Source: Myxococcota bacterium
GTDB taxonomy: Bacteria; Myxococcota_A; UBA9042; PHBI01; JAWLBL01
Length of the DNA: 64,000 nt
Direction: 5' to 3'
Assembly: GCA_041687695.1 (NCBI GenBank)
Contig: JAWLBL010000008.1
Location: 192,001 to 256,000, forward strand
Below, piece after piece: positions 1-8,301 of this stretch. Positions within the stretch are counted from its first letter, which is position 1. The number at the start of each line of letters is the position of its first letter. A model generated the notes under the pieces. That model made no database searches. It was not told the origin of the DNA and saw only the letters and a list, made by a program, of their open reading frames with translations. The translations under genes and the position numbers were made by a program.

Positions 1-99
1 ACTCACGCCCTGCGCGCGCGCGGCGCCCGAAGGGGCCTCGCGACCTTGTGCGTCGGCGTCGGCCAGGGCGTCGCGACCCTCGTCGAGGCGCTCGACTGA
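1..99 (+). CDS. Thiolase (acetyl-CoA C-acyltransferase), C-terminal fragment cut by the window edge
   Basis: Frame 1 reads [32 protein letters not shown], containing the thiolase C-terminal active-site motif LC(V/I)GxGQG. Confidence 0.85.
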   Translation, partial: THALRARGARRGLATLCVGVGQGVATLVEALD

Positions 100-141
100 A
101 GCCACCCGTCCGCCGGGGCCGACGTCGCGGGCGCTTGACCG

Positions 142-170
142 TTGACGCCGGACCGGGCGGCTGTTACAAG
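142..170 (+). promoter_or_regulatory. Putative sigma70-type promoter of rpsT
   Basis: TTGACG (142-147), 17-bp spacer, then TACAAG (165-170) preceded by TGn (extended -10). Confidence 0.45.
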
Positions 171-280
171 CTGCGCCCTTCCGCTCGCCGTCTCTGACCG
201 AGACGGGGCGCGGGGACCGCGACGAGGGATTCGCAGGACCTCGCGACGCGCGGAACGCAGGACACGAAAAGGAGCCCGAC

Positions 281-541
281 GTGGCCAACCACAAGCAGGC
301 GATCAAGCGCCACCGCCAGAGCCTCAAGCGCAACGCGCGCAACAACTTCTTCAAGGCGACCGCGCGCACGTACCTCAAGCGCGCCCGCACCGCCCTCGAG
401 GGGGGCGACAAGGGCGCCGCCGCCGAGGCCGTCCGGCTCGCTGCCTCGTACCTCGATCACGTCGCCTCCAAGGGGATCATCCCCAAGGAGCGCGCGAGCC
501 GGCTCAAGAGCCGCCTCGACACGCAGCTCTCGTCGCTCTGA
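281..541 (+). CDS. rpsT: 30S ribosomal protein S20
   Basis: MANHKQAIKRHRQSLKRNARN...KGIIPKERASRLKSRL; 86 aa; GTG start after an AAGGAG RBS. Confidence 0.97.
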   Translation: MANHKQAIKRHRQSLKRNARNNFFKATARTYLKRARTALEGGDKGAAAEAVRLAASYLDHVASKGIIPKERASRLKSRLDTQLSSL

Positions 542-742
542 GCCGCCGCGGCCGCCCGGCCGCGCGCTCGGTCCAGACTGCCGGCCATCCCGCGGACGCT
601 CGCGCCCCGACGGATGACGCCGGCAGTCGGCGTTTCGAACGCGCCGTTCCGGCGCCGCGCGCGGGCCGGAATGGCTCGTGATCTCAGGTGGTTGCCTGTC
701 CGACGTGACCTGCGGTGACCAGGGGCTCCACGGGGCCTCGAC

Positions 743-3142
743 ATGGTCTCGAGCCCGCGGGCCGACATAGGATGCGACCGCGTGAGACGTCTCTTCGCCA
801 GCCTGCTGCCGACCCGCACCGCCCGCATTTCCGCGGGCGTGCTGGCGGCCATGTCCGTCGCGCTCTGCTTCGTGCCGGGCTTCGGGTCCCTCGGCTATTA
901 CTCGAGCCTGGCGCTCGCGCTGGTCGGCGGCGTCCTGACGGGCCTGGTGGGCGCCAGCGTCGCGCGTCGGACGGCCGAGTCCCAGACCGGCACGCCTGGC
1001 GGCCCGCGTGTCTCGACGGCGTTCTGGGCCGCGGCCCGCACGACGCTGGCCCTGTTGGCCGTTCCGCCGCTGGTGCTGCTGTTCAACAGCCTGTGGGTCA
1101 AGAACTGCGACCCCATCGGCAGCGTCGGCTTCTATGTCGCCGGCGCGGGGCTGTCGATGCTGTTCGCCTCGCAGGTGGGCGCCTTCGCGGGCCTGTGGCG
1201 CCGCCGGACGGGGCAGGGGCTCTTGCTCTTCGTCGCCTTCTGGTTGGCGTTCGTCCTGCGCGATCTGGCGCACCTGTACCTCGAGCCGCCGATCTTCGCC
1301 TACAACGCCTTCGCCGGCTTCTTCTCCGGGGCCGTCTACGACGACCTCATCGAGCTGGACGGGCGCCTGGCGGCCTTCCGGCTGAGCAACCTGGCCCAGC
1401 TGGCCGTGCTCTGGGGCGCGGCGGCCCTGCTGTGGGACCCGGCCGAGCGGCGCTTCCGGCTGGCCCGGCTGAGCGAGGGCCGCGTCCGCACCTGGGCGGC
1501 GCTGGTCGCGGCGGTCGTGGTCGCCGCGGGGCTACACGGGGCGCGCGGCCACCTCGGCTTCGAGATCGACCGCGCCCACATCGAGCGCGTCCTGGGGGGC
1601 CGCCTCGAGAACGACCGCATCGTCCTGGTCTACGACCGCGACGTCATCCCGCCCGACGAGGCGCGGCGCCTGCTCGAGGACCACACCTACCGCCTGGAGC
1701 AGCTCGACCTGGCCCTCGGCGAGCGCTTCCCCGAGCGCATCACCAGCTACGTCTACGGCTCGTCGCGCCAAAAGCGCCGCATGATGGGCGCCGACCGCGT
1801 CTACATCGCCAAGCCCTGGGTGCGCGAGATCCACATCAACCGCGTGCCCTACGGCGCGGCCGTCATCCACCACGAGCTGGCGCACGTCGTGCTGGGCGCG
1901 TGGGCGCCCGGGCCGCTGCACGTCCCGGCGCGGATGTGGCTGTTCCCGCACATGGCCATCGTCGAGGGGGCCGCCGAGGCGATGGAGTGGTACGGCGGAA
2001 GCATGACCCTTCACCAGTGGAGCGCCGCCATGCGCCGCGAGGGGCTGGCGCCCGATCTGGCGAGCATCATGGGCCCGGACGGGTTCTGGTCGCAGGCCGC
2101 CGGCAAGGCCTACACGCTCAGCGGCTCGTTCATCCGCTACCTGCTGGACACCCACGGCCCGGCGCCCTTCCGCGCGCTATACGGCGACGGCGACTTCGAG
2201 GCGGCCTACGGCCGTCCGCTGCCGGCGCTCATCGCCGAGTGGGAGGCCTTCATCGACGGCGTGCCGCTGCCGGACGACGCGCTGGCGCTGGCGCGCGAGC
2301 GCTTCGACGTCAAGGGCATCTTCCACCGCACCTGCCCGCTGGAGATCGCGCGCCTCGAGGCGCAGGCCTCGGCGCTGGCCGACGCCGGCGAGTACGACGG
2401 GGCCATCGCGCTGCACCGCCAGATCGTCCGCTTCGTCCCCAAGGACGCGCGAAAGCGCGTGCCCATCGTCGAGCTGCTGGCCCGCCGGGGCGACGCCGAC
2501 GGCACGCAGCGCGAGGTGGCCGAGCTGTTGGCCCTGGGCAACGTCGACCCCGTCACGCGGGCCTACGTCCGAGAGCTGTCCGGCGACGCGCTGTGGCGCG
2601 CGGGCAAGTACCTGGACGCGCTGAAGCTGTACCAGACCCTGGCCGCCGAGCCGCAGAGCGAGGACCGCCTGCGCAACGTGCTGGTCAAGGCGGCCGTCCT
2701 GGCGAGCGGCCAGCGCGAGCCCATCCTGGGGCCCTACCTGCTGGGGCGCGGCAGCCGGGACGCCGTCGAGTACCTGGTCGCGGCGGTGGCCGACCTGCCC
2801 GGCGACACGCTGGCGCTGTACCTGCTGGGCCGGCGCCTGTCGAGCGAGGACGTCCACGCCGAGGCCGTCCGCGTCCTGCGCGCCGTCATCGCCGCGCTCG
2901 ATGGCGCGGACGGCGGCCCCGACCGGGGACGTGACCCGCTCGACGACGCGCTGCGCCGCGAGTCGCTGCGGCTGATGGCCCGCAGCCTGTTCTACGTGGG
3001 CGAGCTGGAGGAGGCCGAGCGCGCCTTCCTGGAGGCGGCCCAGCTGTCGCCCAAGGACGGCCAGCGCCTGTGGTACCAGGACTGGGCCAGCCGCGCGCAG
3101 TGGCTGAAGAAGCGCCTGCGCACGGCGGGCAACTTCATGTGA
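743..3142 (+). CDS. Multi-TM membrane protein with gluzincin-type (peptidase MA-like) domain and C-terminal TPR-like helices; true start may be a little downstream
   Basis: Several hydrophobic segments in the first ~270 aa, HHELAH (HExxH) followed by EGAAE, then helical TPR-like repeats (AGEYDGAIALH, AGKYLDALKLY, VGELEEAERAF). Confidence 0.7.
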   Translation: MVSSPRADIGCDRVRRLFASLLPTRTARISAGVLAAMSVALCFVPGFGSLGYYSSLALALVGGVLTGLVGASVARRTAESQTGTPGGPRVSTAFWAAARTTLALLAVPPLVLLFNSLWVKNCDPIGSVGFYVAGAGLSMLFASQVGAFAGLWRRRTGQGLLLFVAFWLAFVLRDLAHLYLEPPIFAYNAFAGFFSGAVYDDLIELDGRLAAFRLSNLAQLAVLWGAAALLWDPAERRFRLARLSEGRVRTWAALVAAVVVAAGLHGARGHLGFEIDRAHIERVLGGRLENDRIVLVYDRDVIPPDEARRLLEDHTYRLEQLDLALGERFPERITSYVYGSSRQKRRMMGADRVYIAKPWVREIHINRVPYGAAVIHHELAHVVLGAWAPGPLHVPARMWLFPHMAIVEGAAEAMEWYGGSMTLHQWSAAMRREGLAPDLASIMGPDGFWSQAAGKAYTLSGSFIRYLLDTHGPAPFRALYGDGDFEAAYGRPLPALIAEWEAFIDGVPLPDDALALARERFDVKGIFHRTCPLEIARLEAQASALADAGEYDGAIALHRQIVRFVPKDARKRVPIVELLARRGDADGTQREVAELLALGNVDPVTRAYVRELSGDALWRAGKYLDALKLYQTLAAEPQSEDRLRNVLVKAAVLASGQREPILGPYLLGRGSRDAVEYLVAAVADLPGDTLALYLLGRRLSSEDVHAEAVRVLRAVIAALDGADGGPDRGRDPLDDALRRESLRLMARSLFYVGELEEAERAFLEAAQLSPKDGQRLWYQDWASRAQWLKKRLRTAGNFM

Positions 3143-3203
3143 CGCGGCTTTTTTTGACGGCCGGCGCGCCCCCCGCGACAGTGCGTCGCGGAGGGATACG
3201 ACC

Positions 3204-3413
3204 ATGGACGTCAATCCGGAGATCGCGCGTCACCTCGACCGGGCGCTCGCGGAGGCGGGGCTGCCGGGCCTGTCGCTGCGGCAGGTCGGGGACGTGTTCA
3301 CCCTGAGCGCCGGGCTGCCGATGACCCCCGAGACGCTGCGCGCCTTGATGCGGGCCTGGGAGGCCTTCGAGGAGGCCGGCCTGCCACGCGAGACGCAGGG
3401 ACAGGCCGGCTGA
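3204..3413 (+). CDS. Small hypothetical protein (69 aa)
   Basis: ATG with GGAGGG RBS, GC-rich third codon positions, fills the gap between neighbours. Confidence 0.6.
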   Translation: MDVNPEIARHLDRALAEAGLPGLSLRQVGDVFTLSAGLPMTPETLRALMRAWEAFEEAGLPRETQGQAG

Positions 3414-3419
3414 GGCTCG

Positions 3420-3752
3420 TCAGGCCGGCTCTTCGCTGAGGAGCTCGCGCTTGCGCTCGACGTCCTTGAACTCGTCGGCCGTGTCGAGGGGCTCCTTCTG
3501 CTCGGTGATGTTGGGCCAGGAGCCCGCGAGCCGCTCGTTGAGCTCGACGTACTCCTTCCACTTGTCGGGGAGGTCGTCCTCTTCGAAGATGGCGTTGACC
3601 GGGCACTCGGGTTCACAGGCCCCGCAGTCGATGCACTCGTCGGGGTTGATGACGAGCATGTTCTCGCCTTCGTAGAAGCAGTCGACCGGGCAGACGGTCA
3701 CGCAGTCGGTGTACTTGCACTTGATGCAAGGCTCCGCAACGATGTAGGCCAT
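3420..3752 (-). CDS. fdxA: 7Fe-type ferredoxin (FdxA family)
   Basis: [29 protein letters not shown]...[12 protein letters not shown]; start placed at ATG 3752. Confidence 0.93.
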   Translation of the reverse strand: MAYIVAEPCIKCKYTDCVTVCPVDCFYEGENMLVINPDECIDCGACEPECPVNAIFEEDDLPDKWKEYVELNERLAGSWPNITEQKEPLDTADEFKDVERKRELLSEEPA

Positions 3753-3884
3753 TGAGTTCTCCGTAGTCGGCCATGGGTCGGGCGCGATGACGCGCGGTGG
3801 AGTCGAAGGCGCCGGCGACAATGCCACTTGCGGCCGGCGTGGGCAACAGCGGACATGGCCCGCGCGGGGCCCGGTCCGAGCGGG

Positions 3885-4385
3885 TCAGGGCTGCGAGTCC
3901 CTGAGCTCGGGCTCGACGAGCTGCAGGGCGGGGCCGAGGTGGCGGCGCAGGCGCGTGAAGTCGCGCTCGCCGAACAGGCGTGACAGCGGGCCGATGCGGC
4001 CGCGGCTGACGAAGACGCGGTCGGCGCCGAGGTCGGTCGCGAGGCGCAGGATGCTGTCGGCGAAGCGGCCCGAGGCCATGCGCGTGACGCACGGCACCCC
4101 CGCTTCCTGGGCGGCGGCGCTGACCTCGGCCAGGCGCTCGGCGCCCGCGCTCTGGGCGCACGCGTGGGCGAGGTCGCCGATGGCGCGCGTCTGGCCGGCG
4201 CCGACGAAGCCGCGTGTGGTCAGGCACTCTCGCAGGTGTTCCTGGCGGTCCTGGTCCTCGAGGTAGACCACGGTCAGGCGGGCCCCGGTGGCGCGGGCTT
4301 CGGCGAGGGCGGCGTGGAGGAGCGTGTCGCCGATGCGCGCGGGCGTGAGGATGGCGAGGATGTGACGGTCGGACCGAGCGGTCAT
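3885..4385 (-). CDS. Universal stress protein (USP) family
   Basis: HILAIL...AEARATGARLTVVYL...SGRFADSILRLATDLGADRVFVSRG matches the USP fold pattern. Confidence 0.75.
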   Translation of the reverse strand: MTARSDRHILAILTPARIGDTLLHAALAEARATGARLTVVYLEDQDRQEHLRECLTTRGFVGAGQTRAIGDLAHACAQSAGAERLAEVSAAAQEAGVPCVTRMASGRFADSILRLATDLGADRVFVSRGRIGPLSRLFGERDFTRLRRHLGPALQLVEPELRDSQP

Positions 4386-4404
4386 GGCGAGACCCTCCGA
4401 GCCT

Positions 4405-5901
4405 TCACGGCGCCCACAGGACGCCGAGCAGGGGCCACCAGAACTTCATGAGCAGAAAGACGCAGCCGAAGCCGATGAGGTTGAGCCACAGGCCGCTCTG
4501 CGCGACCTGGCGCGGGGTGTAGTAGCCGGCCGACCAGGCGATGGCGGTCACCGGGGTCGAGATGGGGAACATGAACGCGAAGCCGGACGGTAGCACGATG
4601 CACATCGTCATGGCGCGCGGGTCGAGGCCGTAGTGCTCGGCGAGGGTGAGCGCGGGCGGCATGAGCATGGCGACGACGGCCGAGTTGCTCATCAGCTCGG
4701 TGAGGGTGCCGCTGAGCAAGGCGATGACCATCATCAGGACGAGGGGGGACAGCTCGCGGCCGCCGAGGACGGCCTCGGTCAGCCACAGGGCGGCGCCCGA
4801 GCGGTCCATCGCGCTGCCCAGGGCGATGGCGCCGCCGTACATGACGATGACCCCCCAGTTCACGTTCTCCTCGACCTCGGGCCAGGTGACGGCGCCGAGG
4901 GCGAAGAGGGCGGCCATGGCCAGGATGGCGATGTTGGCGATGCCCAGGGTGTCGCCGAGCGCGGCCCAGGCGGCGATGGTGACGACCAGGACCAGGGCGA
5001 CGGCGCGCTCGCGGCCGCTCATCTTGCCCATGTCGCGCAGGCGCCCCTCGAGGACGGCGATGGCGTCGGCCGTCGAGGCGACCTCGGGCGGGAAGCGCCA
5101 GGCGAGCATGACGGCGCCGACGGCCAGCATCAGCACGACCAGCGGCGCGCCGAAGGCGATGAACTCCATGAAGGTGATGGTCCAGGCGTGGCCGGTCGCC
5201 TCCTCGAGCAGGCCGATGGCGAGCGGGCCGCGGCCGCCGCCCAGGACGGTCAGGCTCGAGCCGATGATGCAGCCCCAGGCGAGCGCGAAGAACAGCGCCG
5301 CGCCCATGCGGCTGCGCAGCGCCTTGAGCTTCATGGCGCGCGCGATGTCGAGGACGATGGGGAAGACCATCGCGGCGACGGCGTGGCCGCTCATCACGGT
5401 CGAGGCGACGGCGCACAGGCCGAAGACGGCCAGGACCAGGCGGCGCGGCGTCCCGCCGAAGGCGCGCACGGTCAGGGTGGCCAGGCGCTTGGACAGCCCC
5501 GATCCGATGAGGGCCGCCGAGAGCATGAAGGCGCCGAGGACGAAGAAGACGACCTTGGAGCCGAAGAACTGGTAGGCCTCCTCGGCGCGCATGACGCCGA
5601 AGAGCGGCAGCGAGGCGATGGCGACCAGGCTGGTGATGGCCAGCGGCAGGAGCGAGGTCACCCACAGCGTGCCGCAGAGCGCGAAGATGCAGAGCGTGTT
5701 CCAGCCGGCCTGGGCGAGGCCGTCGGGGGGCGGGACGCGCAGGAGCAGGGCGAAGCAGGTGACGACGAAGGCCAGCCAGAGCTGGCGCTTCAAGCGGCTG
5801 AGCAGGACGATCGCGATGGGGCGGCGATCGATCTCGAACTGGCGGGCCGCCGGCGGCGCTGGGGGTGAAACGGAGGGCGGGCTGGGCTGCGGCTGGGCCA
5901 A
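4405..5901 (-). CDS. SLC13/DASS family anion:sodium symporter (sulfate/dicarboxylate)
   Basis: LWVTSLLPLAITSL, VFFVLGAFMLSAALIGSGLSKRLA, VNWGVIVMYGGAIALG, LTELMSNSA, FAFMFPISTP. Start placed at TTG 5901 just after the radical SAM stop (uncertain). Confidence 0.88.
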   Translation of the reverse strand: MAQPQPSPPSVSPPAPPAARQFEIDRRPIAIVLLSRLKRQLWLAFVVTCFALLLRVPPPDGLAQAGWNTLCIFALCGTLWVTSLLPLAITSLVAIASLPLFGVMRAEEAYQFFGSKVVFFVLGAFMLSAALIGSGLSKRLATLTVRAFGGTPRRLVLAVFGLCAVASTVMSGHAVAAMVFPIVLDIARAMKLKALRSRMGAALFFALAWGCIIGSSLTVLGGGRGPLAIGLLEEATGHAWTITFMEFIAFGAPLVVLMLAVGAVMLAWRFPPEVASTADAIAVLEGRLRDMGKMSGRERAVALVLVVTIAAWAALGDTLGIANIAILAMAALFALGAVTWPEVEENVNWGVIVMYGGAIALGSAMDRSGAALWLTEAVLGGRELSPLVLMMVIALLSGTLTELMSNSAVVAMLMPPALTLAEHYGLDPRAMTMCIVLPSGFAFMFPISTPVTAIAWSAGYYTPRQVAQSGLWLNLIGFGCVFLLMKFWWPLLGVLWAP

Positions 5902-5906
5902 GCGGG

Positions 5907-7169
5907 CTAACCGTTGTCGACGACGCCGACCTCCCGCACGCGCAGGGCGCGGCGGAGATCGCTGAGGCGCGCGGAGGTGCGGCGGGCGAGGCGCGTGCCC
6001 ATGACGCGGTGGCGCAGCGACGACCAGAAGCCGTTGTCCTCGCTGAAAAAGCGCGCGTCGAGGGGCGTGGTGACGATGGCGATGTCGCGGACGAGGTTGC
6101 AGCTCAGGCGGCGCCTGCGGACGGCCTGGTAGAGGTGGCCGTACAGGCCGGCGAGCTCCTCGAGGGAGGGCTGGAAGCGCTCGATGTCGCTGTCCTTGCG
6201 CATGTCGCGGCCCTTGAAGGGGCGGTAGATGGGCAGGACGGGCAGGACGCCCAGGGAGGTCAGGGTCTCGATGCCCTCGTGGGTCGAGGCGAGGGGCTCC
6301 AAGCCGACGATGAGGTGGCAGGCGACGCCGCCGGCCGGGAAGACGGTGGTGGCGTAGGCGAGGGCGTCGAGGAAGCGCTGGCGGCCGATGGCGCGGGCGG
6401 GGCCGGGGCAGATGCGGTCGAAGCGCTCGGGGTCGAAGATCTCGAGGTTGTAGCTGACCGCGTCGACGCCCATCGCGTAGGTGCGGTCGATCCAGTCGTC
6501 GGTCTCGGGCGGCAGGGCGTCGACGGCGACCAGGACGTCGAAGTGCTTCTTGATGGCGGCGACGTAAGGCTCGAGGAAGGCGACGCCGCCGTCGCGGGTG
6601 CCGAGGTGGCCTACCGACAGGTAGACCATGTCGATGGGGTTGCCGTCGCGGGCGACGCGGATGGCCTCGAGGACGTCGTCGACCGGCAGGCCGCCGTGGG
6701 TCGGGGCGTCCTGGCCGACGCTGCAGAAGCGGCAGCGGTCGGCGTCGGTCAGGAAGGCGCAGCGGTTGGTGGGCGACAGGGCCAGGTAGGGGCCGTGGAC
6801 GGTGCCGACGCGGCCGAAGGGCAGGCCGGTCGAGGTCCGGTGGCCGTAGAAGTGGGGGTGGTGCGAGACGCGGACGGGCGTCCGGGGCGCGGTGGGGCCG
6901 GCGACGGTCAGGGCGTACCCGTCGCCGTGGCGCACCAGCTCGTAAGGAGAAGCGTGGGTGACGTCGCGCTGGATGGGGGCGGAGACCCACGTCTCCTGCG
7001 GCAGCACGAGGTCGAGGTCCTCGGCGCTGCCGAACAGGGCGTGGCCGGTCGCGCCGAAGCCGTCCTGCTCGAGGGCGGCGCGCACGTCGGGTGGCAGCCG
7101 CAGGCCGCGCATCATCAGCTCGAGCTTGAGCAGGCCCGGGTTGGAGAGGATCTGGGCGGGCGTGTTCAT
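5907..7169 (-). CDS. Radical SAM protein with CX8CX2C motif (MSMEG_0568-like spacing)
   Basis: NRCAFLTDADRCRFCS, MGVDAVSYNLEIFD, CHLIVGL; ATGA overlap with the JAMM gene. Confidence 0.85.
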   Translation of the reverse strand: MNTPAQILSNPGLLKLELMMRGLRLPPDVRAALEQDGFGATGHALFGSAEDLDLVLPQETWVSAPIQRDVTHASPYELVRHGDGYALTVAGPTAPRTPVRVSHHPHFYGHRTSTGLPFGRVGTVHGPYLALSPTNRCAFLTDADRCRFCSVGQDAPTHGGLPVDDVLEAIRVARDGNPIDMVYLSVGHLGTRDGGVAFLEPYVAAIKKHFDVLVAVDALPPETDDWIDRTYAMGVDAVSYNLEIFDPERFDRICPGPARAIGRQRFLDALAYATTVFPAGGVACHLIVGLEPLASTHEGIETLTSLGVLPVLPIYRPFKGRDMRKDSDIERFQPSLEELAGLYGHLYQAVRRRRLSCNLVRDIAIVTTPLDARFFSEDNGFWSSLRHRVMGTRLARRTSARLSDLRRALRVREVGVVDNG

Positions 7170-7621
7170 GACGGCACGAACCCCCCGGCCTCGTCGCTCC
7201 AGGCGAAGGTCGCGAATCCGCGCACGCCGTCGTCCTGGGCGTCGAAGACCACGTGGGCGACGCCCGGGTAGAGCGGCCCGTCGCCGAAGGGTGACAGGGC
7301 CTGCTGGACGTCCTCTTCGGAGAAGTAGGCGCCCACCCGGACGTGGCTGTGGAAGATGGCGACGACGGTCTTGCCGTCGGCTTCGGCCCGCTCGATGAGC
7401 AGCGGGTTGAGCAGGTAGGCGCGCTCGGCCGTGCGCGGGTAGGTGTCGGGGTCGAGCGCGTGGTACTTGTCGGCGAGGTTGTCGGCCAGGACGAGCTCGG
7501 GGCCGTCGGGGCCGGCGAGGAGCAGGCCGCAGGCCTCGCGCGGGAACCAGGCCATGATGTGGCGGTCGATGGCGGCGCGGAGTTTGGGCTGCGCCAGGAT
7601 GGACTGTGGCGTCGGCGTCAT
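7166..7621 (-). CDS. JAMM/Mov34 (M67) metalloisopeptidase
   Basis: FPREACG glutamate plus HSHVRVGAYFSEED (H-S-H-x7-S-x2-D). Confidence 0.92.
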   Translation of the reverse strand: MTPTPQSILAQPKLRAAIDRHIMAWFPREACGLLLAGPDGPELVLADNLADKYHALDPDTYPRTAERAYLLNPLLIERAEADGKTVVAIFHSHVRVGAYFSEEDVQQALSPFGDGPLYPGVAHVVFDAQDDGVRGFATFAWSDEAGGFVPS

Positions 7622-8007
7622 GGGCGGGCCTCGTCGGGCGCGGCCCAGGCGTGGCCGGGCGCGGCGCCCGAGAGGTGGGCCAGCGCGCTGAGGGCGGCCA
7701 TGGCGCCGGCGAGGCGATCGTCGGCCGGGGCCGGGGCGACGACGTGGGCGTCGGCGGCGGGCGGGGCCAGGGAGACGTCCGGGTTGAGGTCGGCCAGACG
7801 CGGGCCCAGGCGGTCGGCGAGGGCGGGGGACAGGGACAGGCGTCCGACGCCGGCGGCGGCCAGGTACAGCGCCGCCTCCTCGGCCGCGCGGCCGTCGCCC
7901 TGGACGTGGGCGGCCGCCGCGAGCAGGCGCGTCTGGCCGGCGCCGCCCACCTCGGCGAGCAGGACGTGGCGCGCGTAGCGCTGGATCTGGGTCTCGGTCA
8001 GGGACAT
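7618..8007 (-). CDS. Short degenerate ThiF/MoeB-like protein (N-terminal Arg-finger helix kept, nucleotide loop degenerate)
   Basis: MSLTETQIQRYARHVLLAEVGGAGQTRLLAA is a MoeB-type N-terminus; QGDGRAA replaces GxGGLG, followed by AALYLAAAGVG and LNPDV; no Cys. Confidence 0.8.
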   Translation of the reverse strand: MSLTETQIQRYARHVLLAEVGGAGQTRLLAAAAHVQGDGRAAEEAALYLAAAGVGRLSLSPALADRLGPRLADLNPDVSLAPPAADAHVVAPAPADDRLAGAMAALSALAHLSGAAPGHAWAAPDEARP

Positions 8008-8011
8008 CGGT

Positions 8012-8290
8012 TCAGCGGCCGCCCGCGATGGCGGGGACGATCTGCAGCTCGGCGCCGTCGGCCAGGGGCGTGTCGAGGTTGTCGAGGAAGCGGATGTCTT
8101 CCTGGTTGGCGTAGATGTTGATGAAGCGGCGGACGTTGCCCTGCTCGTCGCACAGCTTGCTCTTGATGCCCGGGTGGGCGCCCTCGAGGTTGTCGAGGGC
8201 GGCGCGGACGCTGTCGCCGTCGACGCTGACGGCGTCCTGGCCGGCGGCGAACTTGCGGAGCGAGGCGGGGATCTTGATGGTCACGGGCAT
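8012..8290 (-). CDS. MoaD/ThiS/CysO-type ubiquitin-like sulfur carrier
   Basis: MPVTIKIPASLRK...RRFINIYANQEDIRFLDNLDTPLADGAELQIVPAIAGGR; 92 aa; Gly-Gly followed by one extra Arg. Confidence 0.93.
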   Translation of the reverse strand: MPVTIKIPASLRKFAAGQDAVSVDGDSVRAALDNLEGAHPGIKSKLCDEQGNVRRFINIYANQEDIRFLDNLDTPLADGAELQIVPAIAGGR

Positions 8291-8301
8291 CGGCGGGTTC
8301 C

